Source: Candidatus Binatia bacterium (GTDB taxonomy: Bacteria > Desulfobacterota > Binatia > JACPRU01). Taken from it: a stretch of 42,107 bases of DNA. The DNA lies in contig JBEVNX010000174.1 in NCBI GenBank assembly GCA_040507895.1, forward strand, positions 1 to 42,107, written 5' to 3'. Positions 25,535-32,787 of this stretch are shown in pieces. The notes beneath the pieces were generated by a model. That model did not search any database. It was not told where the DNA came from and saw nothing but the letters and a program-made list of their open reading frames with translations. A program made the position numbers and the translations under genes. Numbering within the stretch: the first letter of the stretch is position 1; every line of letters begins with the position of its first letter.

Positions 25535-27067
25535 TCATCCGCCCACCCGAACCGTGAACTTCTCGCGAAGCGTCGGCTTGCCGGGCCGGTCGACCTGCAC
25601 GATCAAGCCCCAAGGCCCACTCATCGTGAATGTCGCCGTTCCCTCGTAGACGCCGTCGCCCAGCTCCTTCGCCTCCGCGCTCGCGATCGCCATGCCGGCC
25701 ATGTCCATCGTGTAGTTGAAGCTCACCTTCGCCTGCCCGACGGGAGCGCCGCCCGCGTCATGAACGCTCACGCGGATGGCCGATTCGCCCACCTTCGCCG
25801 TCTCGGCCGCCGCGAAGACGGCGACGCGCAGATCGCCGACTTGCTTTTCCTCGGTCGACGACAGACCGGGCTTCGCTTGCGACGGCGCGGGCGGGTTCGC
25901 CGGCTCCGCGGCGCCCATCGCCATCGGCCGCGCGCTTTCCATCTTCCAGTCGCCCATGCCGATGGCGCCCATCATCCCCATCATGCTCTCCGCACCCTGC
26001 AGCTGGCTTTCCGAGTCGACGAGAAAATTGGCGCTGGTGACGACTCGCTCGCCTGCCGAAAGGCCTCTACGAATCTCGACGTACTCGTCGACGCGATCGC
26101 CGAGCTCGACCTCGCGCGGCGTCAGCCGGCCATCGTCGCTCGAGAGAAAGACGAGCTGGCGGCGGCCGGAATCGAGCACGGCGGTCTTCGGCACCACCAA
26201 CCGCTCGCCCAGTGGAACGCGGAGCTCCACGCTACCGAACATTTCCGGCCGCAGAAAGAAATCGTGATTCTCGAGCTCGAAGCGCACTTTCACGGTGCGC
26301 GTCTTGGGATCGAGCGTCGGATAGACGTACGCGACACTCGCGTGGAAGACGCGCGCCGGCGCGGACGACAGGCGAATGTCGGCCGGCTGGCCAACCTTAA
26401 CGAACGGCAACTCGTACTCGTAGACGTCGCCGTAGACCCAGATCGTCGACAGATCCGCGATTCGGTAGAGGGTCATCCCCGCCTGCACGCTCTGACCCGC
26501 GATGATCATCTTCTCGAGCACGACTCCCGAAGCGGGTGAGCGCACCGTCTGGTAGAGACTCGGCTCGCCCGCCTCTTCGATCGCTCGGATCTGCTGCTCG
26601 CTCACGTCCCACAGGCGCAGGCGCTCCCGGCTCGCTCGCAGCAGGGATGCAGCGGATTCGGCGGCGCTCGGCACCTTCGTCTGCACCAGCGCCTTCTGGG
26701 TCTCGCGCGCGATCAGATATTCCTGCTCCGCGCTCACCAAGTCCGGGCTGTAGATCGAAAACAGCGGCTCACCCTTGCGGACGGGCTTCCCCGTGTAGTC
26801 GACGAAGAGATCCTTGATGTAGCCGCCGACCTTCAGCGTGACGGCGGTGAGCTTGCGCTCGTCGACGTCGAGACGCGCGACGGTGCGAATGACCTTTTCC
26901 AGCGAGCGCCGCTCCGCCGTGCCATAGGTGAGGCCGGCCAGCTGCCGCTCTCTGGCATCGAGACGAATCGCCGCTCGCGAACCTGCGCCGGGATCGCCGG
27001 CCGCCGGCGCTCCGCCGGCGAGCAAGGCGAGAGTGATCGACAGGCCACGCTTTGCGTTTGCTTTCAT
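25535..27067 (-). CDS. cusB: RND efflux periplasmic adaptor (CusB-like) with Met-rich linker and extra C-terminal beta-sandwich-like domain
   Basis: 510 aa with a signal peptide, then the barrel-sandwich/hairpin/beta-barrel pattern (..GEPLFSIYSPDL.., ..VVPKTAVLDSGRRQLVF..). A Met-rich stretch follows (SMMGMMGAIGMGDWKMESARPMAM). The last ~100 aa (GDLRVAVFAA..GVYEGTATFTMSGPWGLIVQV) resemble a YtkA/FixH-like domain. The ATG overlaps the cusC stop (ATGA). Confidence 0.85.
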   Translation of the reverse strand: MKANAKRGLSITLALLAGGAPAAGDPGAGSRAAIRLDARERQLAGLTYGTAERRSLEKVIRTVARLDVDERKLTAVTLKVGGYIKDLFVDYTGKPVRKGEPLFSIYSPDLVSAEQEYLIARETQKALVQTKVPSAAESAASLLRASRERLRLWDVSEQQIRAIEEAGEPSLYQTVRSPASGVVLEKMIIAGQSVQAGMTLYRIADLSTIWVYGDVYEYELPFVKVGQPADIRLSSAPARVFHASVAYVYPTLDPKTRTVKVRFELENHDFFLRPEMFGSVELRVPLGERLVVPKTAVLDSGRRQLVFLSSDDGRLTPREVELGDRVDEYVEIRRGLSAGERVVTSANFLVDSESQLQGAESMMGMMGAIGMGDWKMESARPMAMGAAEPANPPAPSQAKPGLSSTEEKQVGDLRVAVFAAAETAKVGESAIRVSVHDAGGAPVGQAKVSFNYTMDMAGMAIASAEAKELGDGVYEGTATFTMSGPWGLIVQVDRPGKPTLREKFTVRVGG

Positions 27068-28329
27068 GGGACCTCACCCCTCTCGAGAGTTTGGCCGATG
27101 GCTCGCTCCAGGTCGGCGAATGCCCGCTCGAACTCGGCTTGCGCTTCCACGTGCTCGAGATGCACCGATTCCACGGCTCGCAGGCTGTCGATCAGCGAGA
27201 GAAAGTCGATCTTGCCGGTCTGGTAGCCGATCTCGCTCGCGCCGAAGGCCTGCTCCGCCTGAGGCACGTGCGTCGTCGACAGCAGATCGCGCTGCAGGAG
27301 CGCCGTTCGAGCGCGTAGGAATGCGAGCCGAACTTCCCGCGCGATCCGATCGCCGATCCCGCGCCGCTCCGCTTCGGCAGCCGCGATGCGGGCGCGTGCC
27401 TCGGCGACTTCCGCGTCGTACTTCGATTTGTGGGCCAGCGGCAGCGAGATCGCCGCCATCGCTCCGAAGCCGTCGCGGCTGTGGTAGTTGACGAAGCGCG
27501 AGACCGAGACCTCGAAGTCAGGGAGATGATCGAGGCGGGCCATCTCGACCCGAGACCGCTCGCGCTCCACCGCTGCGCCTTGCGCCGCGAGTTCCGGCCT
27601 GCTGCGAAGCGCGCGGGCGACGAGCTCCTCATCGTTCTCCGCCAAGCGAGGTACGAAGGGGTCTTCGGGAACGCCGAGTGGCTCACTCGCCGAGCGGCTG
27701 AGGAGCGCGTTTAGCTCGGCGCGCGCACCGTCGATGGCGAGGGTTTCGGTGGCGACTCGGTTGACGAGCCTGGTGAGCTCGACTTGCGATCGCAACACGT
27801 CGGGCTGTGAGACTTGGCCAACGGCGTACCTCTGCTCGGCGACCTTCGCCAGCCGCGCGACCAGATCTTCGTCACGCGAGTAGATCCGCAGCTTCTGATG
27901 AGCCTGCCAGAGCCCGTAGTAGGCGCGCTTGACGGCCGCACGCACCTCGAGATCACTCGCGCTCGCCTCGGCTCCCGCGATCTCGGCCTCACGCTCCGCG
28001 ATACGCCCGGCGAGCGTCCGCTTTCCCGGAAAGGGGAGCTTCTGCGACAGCCTGAAGATGTTGTTGTCGGCCTGGTCGACTCGGAACGACTCGGGAGCAT
28101 TCCATGCTTCCCAGCTGAGGGTCGGATCGTCGTACGCGGAGGCTTGCTCGGGCGCGTAGCGCGCGCCTTCCGCCCGCGCGCGCGCCGCGGCGAGCGCGGG
28201 GTTTCGTTCGCGGGCCTGGTCTAGGACGTCGGCGAGACGGAGCACCGCGGCTGGCCGATCATCGGCCCGGCACGGCCAAGCCAGCGCGAGCAAGAGCGCA
28301 ATGGCGATTCCGAGATTGCACGTACGCAC
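27064..28329 (-). CDS. cusC: Outer-membrane efflux protein, TolC/CusC family
   Basis: 421 aa from GTG 28329, with SD GGGAGAG. The N-terminus RTCNLGIAIALLLALAWPC looks like a lipoprotein-type signal. Two OEP repeats are present. The upstream 56 codons of the track ORF are Arg/Ser-rich shadow sequence. Confidence 0.85.
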   Translation of the reverse strand: MRTCNLGIAIALLLALAWPCRADDRPAAVLRLADVLDQARERNPALAAARARAEGARYAPEQASAYDDPTLSWEAWNAPESFRVDQADNNIFRLSQKLPFPGKRTLAGRIAEREAEIAGAEASASDLEVRAAVKRAYYGLWQAHQKLRIYSRDEDLVARLAKVAEQRYAVGQVSQPDVLRSQVELTRLVNRVATETLAIDGARAELNALLSRSASEPLGVPEDPFVPRLAENDEELVARALRSRPELAAQGAAVERERSRVEMARLDHLPDFEVSVSRFVNYHSRDGFGAMAAISLPLAHKSKYDAEVAEARARIAAAEAERRGIGDRIAREVRLAFLRARTALLQRDLLSTTHVPQAEQAFGASEIGYQTGKIDFLSLIDSLRAVESVHLEHVEAQAEFERAFADLERAIGQTLERGEVP

Positions 28330-28346
28330 GCTTCTCTCCCTTCCCT

Positions 28347-28375
28347 GAAAACTCGGCGCGAGCTGCCGGCGCCGA
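28347..28375 (-). terminator. Hairpin plus T-run between the Cys-rich ORF and cusC (terminator/attenuator candidate)
   Basis: Minus strand reads TCGGCGC - 9-nt loop - GCGCCGA (perfect 7-bp stem) followed directly by GTTTTC. It lies 45 nt after the Cys-rich ORF stop and 17 nt before the cusC GTG. A second hairpin, GCGCAC-6 nt-GTGCGC, sits at 28385-28402. Confidence 0.4.
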
Positions 28376-28420
28376 AACGTCGAAGCGCACCGCGGGGTGC
28401 GCCGTGGGGAGGAGAGGAGT

Positions 28421-28786
28421 CTAGAGTCGGAGCGTGTGACTTCGCAGGAAGAGCGGAGGATCGCTTCCGGAGCGCTCGCTCTGCGCGACTGCGCCACACG
28501 GCGCGAACGCCGCGACGACGGGGGAGATCGGAGCGTCGGCGATCGAGGTGGCGACCGTGTAGTCCCGCTCGCCGGCCCGCTGGATCACGGGGCTATCGGG
28601 GCTACTGGTCACCGGGCAACAGCCGTTGTCGCAGACCACGGCGGCGAGCCGCGCGCAGCGCGCCGCGCAACATGCGGATGCGGCGAAGGCCTTTACCGTG
28701 CGCACCGGCGCCGCCCACGCCGCGTCCACCGAGATCGAAACCACGAGCGCGATCAGGATCGCCACTTTGTGCTGTCGAGCAGTCAC
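28421..28786 (-). CDS. Small secreted cysteine-rich protein of unknown function
   Basis: 121 aa from GTG 28786; the alternative is ATG 28834. By hand count about 83% of codons end in G/C. A Sec-type signal (TARQHK-VAILIALVVSISV-DAAWA/AP) precedes a mature part with 7 Cys, including SACCAARCARLAAVVCDNGCCP. No family recognised. Confidence 0.5.
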   Translation of the reverse strand: MTARQHKVAILIALVVSISVDAAWAAPVRTVKAFAASACCAARCARLAAVVCDNGCCPVTSSPDSPVIQRAGERDYTVATSIADAPISPVVAAFAPCGAVAQSERSGSDPPLFLRSHTLRL

Positions 28787-28796
28787 TCGTTCGTCA

Positions 28797-28825
28797 AGCG
28801 TACTCGGGTGTCCCCACCGGTTCAA
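28797..28825 (-). promoter_or_regulatory. Weak sigma70-like promoter candidate upstream of the Cys-rich ORF
   Basis: Minus strand reads TTGAAC (28825-28820), 17-nt spacer, TACGCT (28802-28797). The -10 ends only 10 nt before GTG 28786, implying a near-leaderless mRNA if that start is used. Confidence 0.2.
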
Positions 28826-28989
28826 GCCTGCCATCGCGCGCTGGAGGCGCGGCGAAACGCGACTACGCCCCGACGTCATCATGCGCGCCGCGCCGGGATC
28901 GACCGACGAGCCAAAGCCACGTCGAGCCGAATGCGAGGGTTGCCAGCGAGATCGGCCGCCCGACGTAGCTGGCGAGGAAGAACGGCCGC

Positions 28990-29478
28990 TCAATCGCGGA
29001 AGTTGATGAACTGCAGCGGCAGATCCAGGTCGCGGCCACGGATCGCCTGGATCGCCGCCTGCAGGTCGTCGCGCTTCTTCCCCGAGACGCGTACCTGATC
29101 GCCCATGACCTGCGCCTGGACCTTGAGCTTCGCCTCCTTGACGAGCTTGACGATCTCTCGCGCGCGATCGGCGTCGATACCCTGCTTCAGCTTGATCTCT
29201 TGTTTGGAGCGCCCGCCCGGCCCCGGCTCGACCTTGCCGAAGTCGACGGCCTTCAGGGCAACGTGGCGGCGCGCGAGCTTCTCGCGCAGCACGTCATCGA
29301 CCGCCTTCACCTTGAATTCGTCTTTCGATTCGATGGAGATCGTTTCCTTCTTGTCCCAGTCGATGACGGTGCCGGTGTCTTTGAAATCGTAGCGCTGCAG
29401 AACTTCCTTGCGCGCTTGATTGAGCGCGTTGTCCACCTCCTGGAGATCGAGCTGCGAGACGACGTCGAAGGACGGCAT
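28990..29478 (-). CDS. yajQ: YajQ-family nucleotide-binding protein (UPF0234)
   Basis: 162 aa. MPSFDVVSQLDLQEVDNALNQARKEVLQRYDFK ... VRVSGKKRDDLQAAI ... LPLQFINFRD is near-canonical YajQ. Confidence 0.9.
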   Translation of the reverse strand: MPSFDVVSQLDLQEVDNALNQARKEVLQRYDFKDTGTVIDWDKKETISIESKDEFKVKAVDDVLREKLARRHVALKAVDFGKVEPGPGGRSKQEIKLKQGIDADRAREIVKLVKEAKLKVQAQVMGDQVRVSGKKRDDLQAAIQAIRGRDLDLPLQFINFRD

Positions 29479-29487
29479 CGCCAGAGC

Positions 29488-30171
29488 CTAGGAGTTTCCC
29501 GGCGGCTCCACAACGTCCGCTCCGGGAGGGATGTCGAACGTGAACTGCGAGTCCTCGAGCCCGACGTCGCGCTTCAGGTTCGAGAATGCCAGGCGCGTCA
29601 CGTTGCCGAGCGGATCGGTCACTTCCGCGGCGGCGATGTCGTACGTCTGCAGGCCGACGTCGAGAACTAGCACGCCGATCTCGTGCTCGCGCTTCGGCAC
29701 CAGCCTGAGCCGAATGACGTCCGGCGAGCCGCTCGAGACCAGCGTGGCGTCGAAGTCGTCCTTCAGCTGCCCCACGCCGAACAAGAACGAGATCGGCGTC
29801 GCGGACTGGAAGGCGGCACGGAACGGAGTCTTCAGCACTTGGTGATGCTCCGGTTGGTAGACCCACAAGAGCTTCCCGTCGGCGACGATCGTCTGTTTTT
29901 CCGGTTCGACGAACTCCCAACGCATGCGTCCGGGGCGCTTGAAGAGGAGCTGCCCAGTCGACTGCAGGGGTTTGCCGAGGGTGGCGGCCTCGACCGTCTG
30001 AGTGAAGTCGGCAGTGAAGTCCTTGGTCGCATCGTAGCGCGCCTGGAGCTTGCGAACGACTTCGCCGACCTTCGGCGACGCCGACGGCCCCGGCTCGCTC
30101 GCCGCGCCGAGGAACGGACCCGCGGCCGCAAGCCACACCGCGGCGACCGCGACTGGCAGTCCGCGCCTCAC
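29488..30171 (-). CDS. lolA: Outer-membrane lipoprotein carrier protein LolA
   Basis: 227 aa from GTG 30171, which forms a GTGA overlap with the ftsK stop. A signal peptide (LPVAVAAVWLAAAG) is followed by LQARYDATKDFTADFTQ..G.LLFKRPGRMRWEF, typical of LolA. Confidence 0.85.
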   Translation of the reverse strand: MRRGLPVAVAAVWLAAAGPFLGAASEPGPSASPKVGEVVRKLQARYDATKDFTADFTQTVEAATLGKPLQSTGQLLFKRPGRMRWEFVEPEKQTIVADGKLLWVYQPEHHQVLKTPFRAAFQSATPISFLFGVGQLKDDFDATLVSSGSPDVIRLRLVPKREHEIGVLVLDVGLQTYDIAAAEVTDPLGNVTRLAFSNLKRDVGLEDSQFTFDIPPGADVVEPPGNS

Positions 30172-32444
30172 AGGCTCTCGCTTCGCCGCATTCGCACTTC
30201 GCGCGGGCGCACGCCGTCGGCGGCGCTGACGAGGCCCTCCTTTTCCATGCGCTCGATCATGCGCGCGGCCCGATTGTAGCCGACGCGAAGCCTTCGCTGC
30301 AGCCACGAGATCGAGGCTTGCTGGCTCTCGGCGACCAGCTGCACCGCCTGATCGTACATGTCGTCGGCCAGGCTCTCGTCTTCGAGCTCCTCTGTCTTTT
30401 CTTCGTGAGCTTCGTCGATCGCGCGCGTGAAGTCCTGATCGAAGACCGGCCGCGACTGGTCCTTGAGGTATCCCACGACCTTACGGATCTCGGGCTCCGA
30501 GACGAACGCGCCGTGTATGCGCGTCAGCCGCGCGCTCGACGGCGGCATGAACAACATGTCGCCGTCGCCGAGCAAGCGCTCGGCGCCGATCGAGTCGAGG
30601 ATCGTCCGCGAGTCGATGCGCGACGTCACTTGGAACGAGATACGCGCCGGGACGTTGGCCTTGATGAGACCCGTGATGACGTCGACCGACGGGCGCTGCG
30701 TGGCGAGGATGAGGTGGATGCCCGCGGCCCGCGCCTTCTGCGCCAAGCGGGTGATCTGCTCTTCGACCTCGCGTCCCGAAGTCAGCATCAAATCCGCCAG
30801 CTCGTCGATCACGATCACGATGTAGGGCAGCCTCCGATGCACCAGCTTCTCGATGACGGGTCCGTTCTCCCCGTCCCTTGAACCCTCGAGCGGCTCGTTC
30901 GGCTCGGCATTCTTGAGTTCGATGACCCCGGCGCTTTTCTCTTCCGATTCGGTCTCGAGCACGCGGTTGTAGCTGTCGATGTTGCGCACTCCCTTGTCGC
31001 GGAGCAGCCGGTAGCGGTCGTCCATCTCGATGACCGCGCGCGCGAGCGCGGCGGAAGCCTCGCGCGGGTCGGTGACGACGCGGGTGAGCAAATGCGGAAT
31101 GTTCTCGTAGAGCGAGAGCTCGAGCATCTTCGGGTCGATCATCAGGAAGCGAACGTCCTCGGGCGTCGCCTTGTAGAGGATCGACATGATCATGGCGTTG
31201 AGGGACACGGACTTTCCCGTTCCGGTCGCTCCCGCCACCAGCACGTGCGGCATGCGGGCAAGGTCGGCGACCATCGGCTTGCCGACCGAATCCTTGCCGA
31301 GCGCCAGCGTCAGCTTCGAGGTCGAAGCGCTCTGGAACTCGTCGCTCTCGAGGATCTCGCGCAGGAAGACCTTCTCGCGGCGCGGATTGGAGAGCTCGAT
31401 GCCGACCACCGATTTGCCGGGGATCGGCGCCAAGATGCGCACGCTCATCGCACGCAGCGCCATCGAGAGATCGTCGGCGAGCGTGACGATGCGGTTCACC
31501 TTGACCCCGGGAGCCGGCTCGAGCTCGAACGTGTTGATCACCGGTCCCGGCCGCACCGCCGTCACCTTCCCCGCCACGCCGAAGTCGGCGAGCTTGGATT
31601 CGAGGATCCGCGAGCTAGTGATCAGCGACTGCTCGTCGACGCGTTCGCCCGAATGGACCGGCGGATCGAGAAAATTGAGCGACGGCAAGTTGAACGTGCC
31701 GGCGAAGCGAAAGGCCTCCTGCGACGGCTTCTTCGGCTTCTCGACCGCGCGCCTCGGCGGCTCTGCGACGAGGATCGAGGGCGGCGGCTCGACGACGCTC
31801 TTGCTCGCACGTACATTCGGCTTGGCGACGATCGGCCGCTGCAGGCGTGCGATCTCGGGGGGCCTCTCCGGCCGCCAAGCTTGGAACCAAGAAGTGATTC
31901 GCTCGCCGGCCCTACGCATGACGCCGGCCAAGCCCGCGGCCCCGTCTCGCATCGAAGTCGACGTCGTCGCGAGCACCATGAGAACCAGGAGCGGCACCAG
32001 GAAACAGTAGCTGCCGACGATGCCGAAGTTCTCGCACAAGACCGCGGCGAGGAACTGGCCAGCAATGCCGCCAAGTTCGTGCGGCGGAGCGGGCTCGGCA
32101 TAGCTCGGGCAAGTGGAGCCGAGCTTCGGCAACTCGACGAGAATCGCCGCCGATCCCATCAGTCCGAGCCCCGCCGCCCACCGCAGCGTGGACCACGCCG
32201 GCCGGCTGCGCAGCGCGTTCGTCGCCGCCGCCAAGCCCGCGAGCGGCACGAGGTAGGCGGTAAGGCCGAAGATCTCGCGCAGCGGCGCCGCGAGATGGCT
32301 GCCGACCTGGCCCGCTAGCTGGCTCGACCACAGGCTCACGAACAGGAACAGCGAAACGCCGCAAGCGAGCAGCGCTCCGGCTTCCCGCAGCCACCACTCC
32401 GGGATCGATGAACCGCGCGCCGCCTTCGCCCGTTCCCGACCCAT
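30168..32444 (-). CDS. ftsK: DNA translocase FtsK
   Basis: 758 aa with N-terminal TM segments. The motor domain has Walker A VAGATGTGKS and IVIVIDELADLM, followed by a gamma-domain winged helix (ASISWLQRRLRVGYNRAARMIERME). Confidence 0.95.
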   Translation of the reverse strand: MGRERAKAARGSSIPEWWLREAGALLACGVSLFLFVSLWSSQLAGQVGSHLAAPLREIFGLTAYLVPLAGLAAATNALRSRPAWSTLRWAAGLGLMGSAAILVELPKLGSTCPSYAEPAPPHELGGIAGQFLAAVLCENFGIVGSYCFLVPLLVLMVLATTSTSMRDGAAGLAGVMRRAGERITSWFQAWRPERPPEIARLQRPIVAKPNVRASKSVVEPPPSILVAEPPRRAVEKPKKPSQEAFRFAGTFNLPSLNFLDPPVHSGERVDEQSLITSSRILESKLADFGVAGKVTAVRPGPVINTFELEPAPGVKVNRIVTLADDLSMALRAMSVRILAPIPGKSVVGIELSNPRREKVFLREILESDEFQSASTSKLTLALGKDSVGKPMVADLARMPHVLVAGATGTGKSVSLNAMIMSILYKATPEDVRFLMIDPKMLELSLYENIPHLLTRVVTDPREASAALARAVIEMDDRYRLLRDKGVRNIDSYNRVLETESEEKSAGVIELKNAEPNEPLEGSRDGENGPVIEKLVHRRLPYIVIVIDELADLMLTSGREVEEQITRLAQKARAAGIHLILATQRPSVDVITGLIKANVPARISFQVTSRIDSRTILDSIGAERLLGDGDMLFMPPSSARLTRIHGAFVSEPEIRKVVGYLKDQSRPVFDQDFTRAIDEAHEEKTEELEDESLADDMYDQAVQLVAESQQASISWLQRRLRVGYNRAARMIERMEKEGLVSAADGVRPREVRMRRSESL

Positions 32445-32448
32445 GCGT

Positions 32449-32787
32449 CTAGCGGGGGGCGCGCGGGCGCGGCAACACGCCGTCGCGGCCGAGTTGCTCC
32501 ACGCTCCGCGCGATCAGGCGCTCCGCCGCCTCGGCGGCGTTTTTGCCGAAAAGTCCCGTGGCGACGAGCCGCGCGAGGTACTTCTGGATCTGCGGCGTCG
32601 TCGACACCGTGATCGTCACGGTCGGCAGCGAGTTGGGCGAGCGGGGCATTCTTTTGCCAAAAATATGCCATTCTTTCGGCAGCCGCAACCAGAAGCGCCG
32701 CGCCGTCCGACGGAGGCCCACTACGCCCGGCACTCCCCGTTTCACGACCAGCCTCTGCACCGCGCAGGGCGGCCGGTCGCGGCTCAC
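32449..32787 (-). CDS. Hypothetical protein: basic N-terminal half plus ribbon-helix-helix-like C-terminal half
   Basis: The long form (112 aa) starts at GTG 32787, a GTGA overlap with the RNase J stop. The short form (66 aa) starts at ATG 32649 with no SD. The C-terminal part has very high GC3. It reads as beta strand TVTITVS, helix QIQKYLARLVATG, turn GKN and helix AAEAAERLIARSVEQL. The stop lies 4 nt before the ftsK ATG. Confidence 0.45.
   Translation of the reverse strand: MSRDRPPCAVQRLVVKRGVPGVVGLRRTARRFWLRLPKEWHIFGKRMPRSPNSLPTVTITVSTTPQIQKYLARLVATGLFGKNAAEAAERLIARSVEQLGRDGVLPRPRAPR
32655..32670 (-). promoter_or_regulatory. sigma54-like -24/-12 motif in an AT-rich island
   Basis: Minus strand reads TGGCAT-ATTTT-TGGCA versus the consensus TGGCAC-G-N4-TTGCW. 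The GG and GC dinucleotides are at the correct spacing, with 9 of 12 defined positions matching. It is embedded in GAAAGAATGGCATATTTTTGGCAAAAGAATGCC. Confidence 0.25.

Noticed and set aside
28787-28993. Long (190-aa) form of the Cys-rich ORF, starting at a TTG that overlaps the yajQ stop (TTGA).
   Set aside because: The extra 69 codons are Arg/Ser/Gly-rich. Their third-position G+C is lower (hand count about 68% versus about 83% downstream). I kept it only as an alternative, since it would add a cytoplasmic tail and make the hydrophobic segment a membrane anchor.
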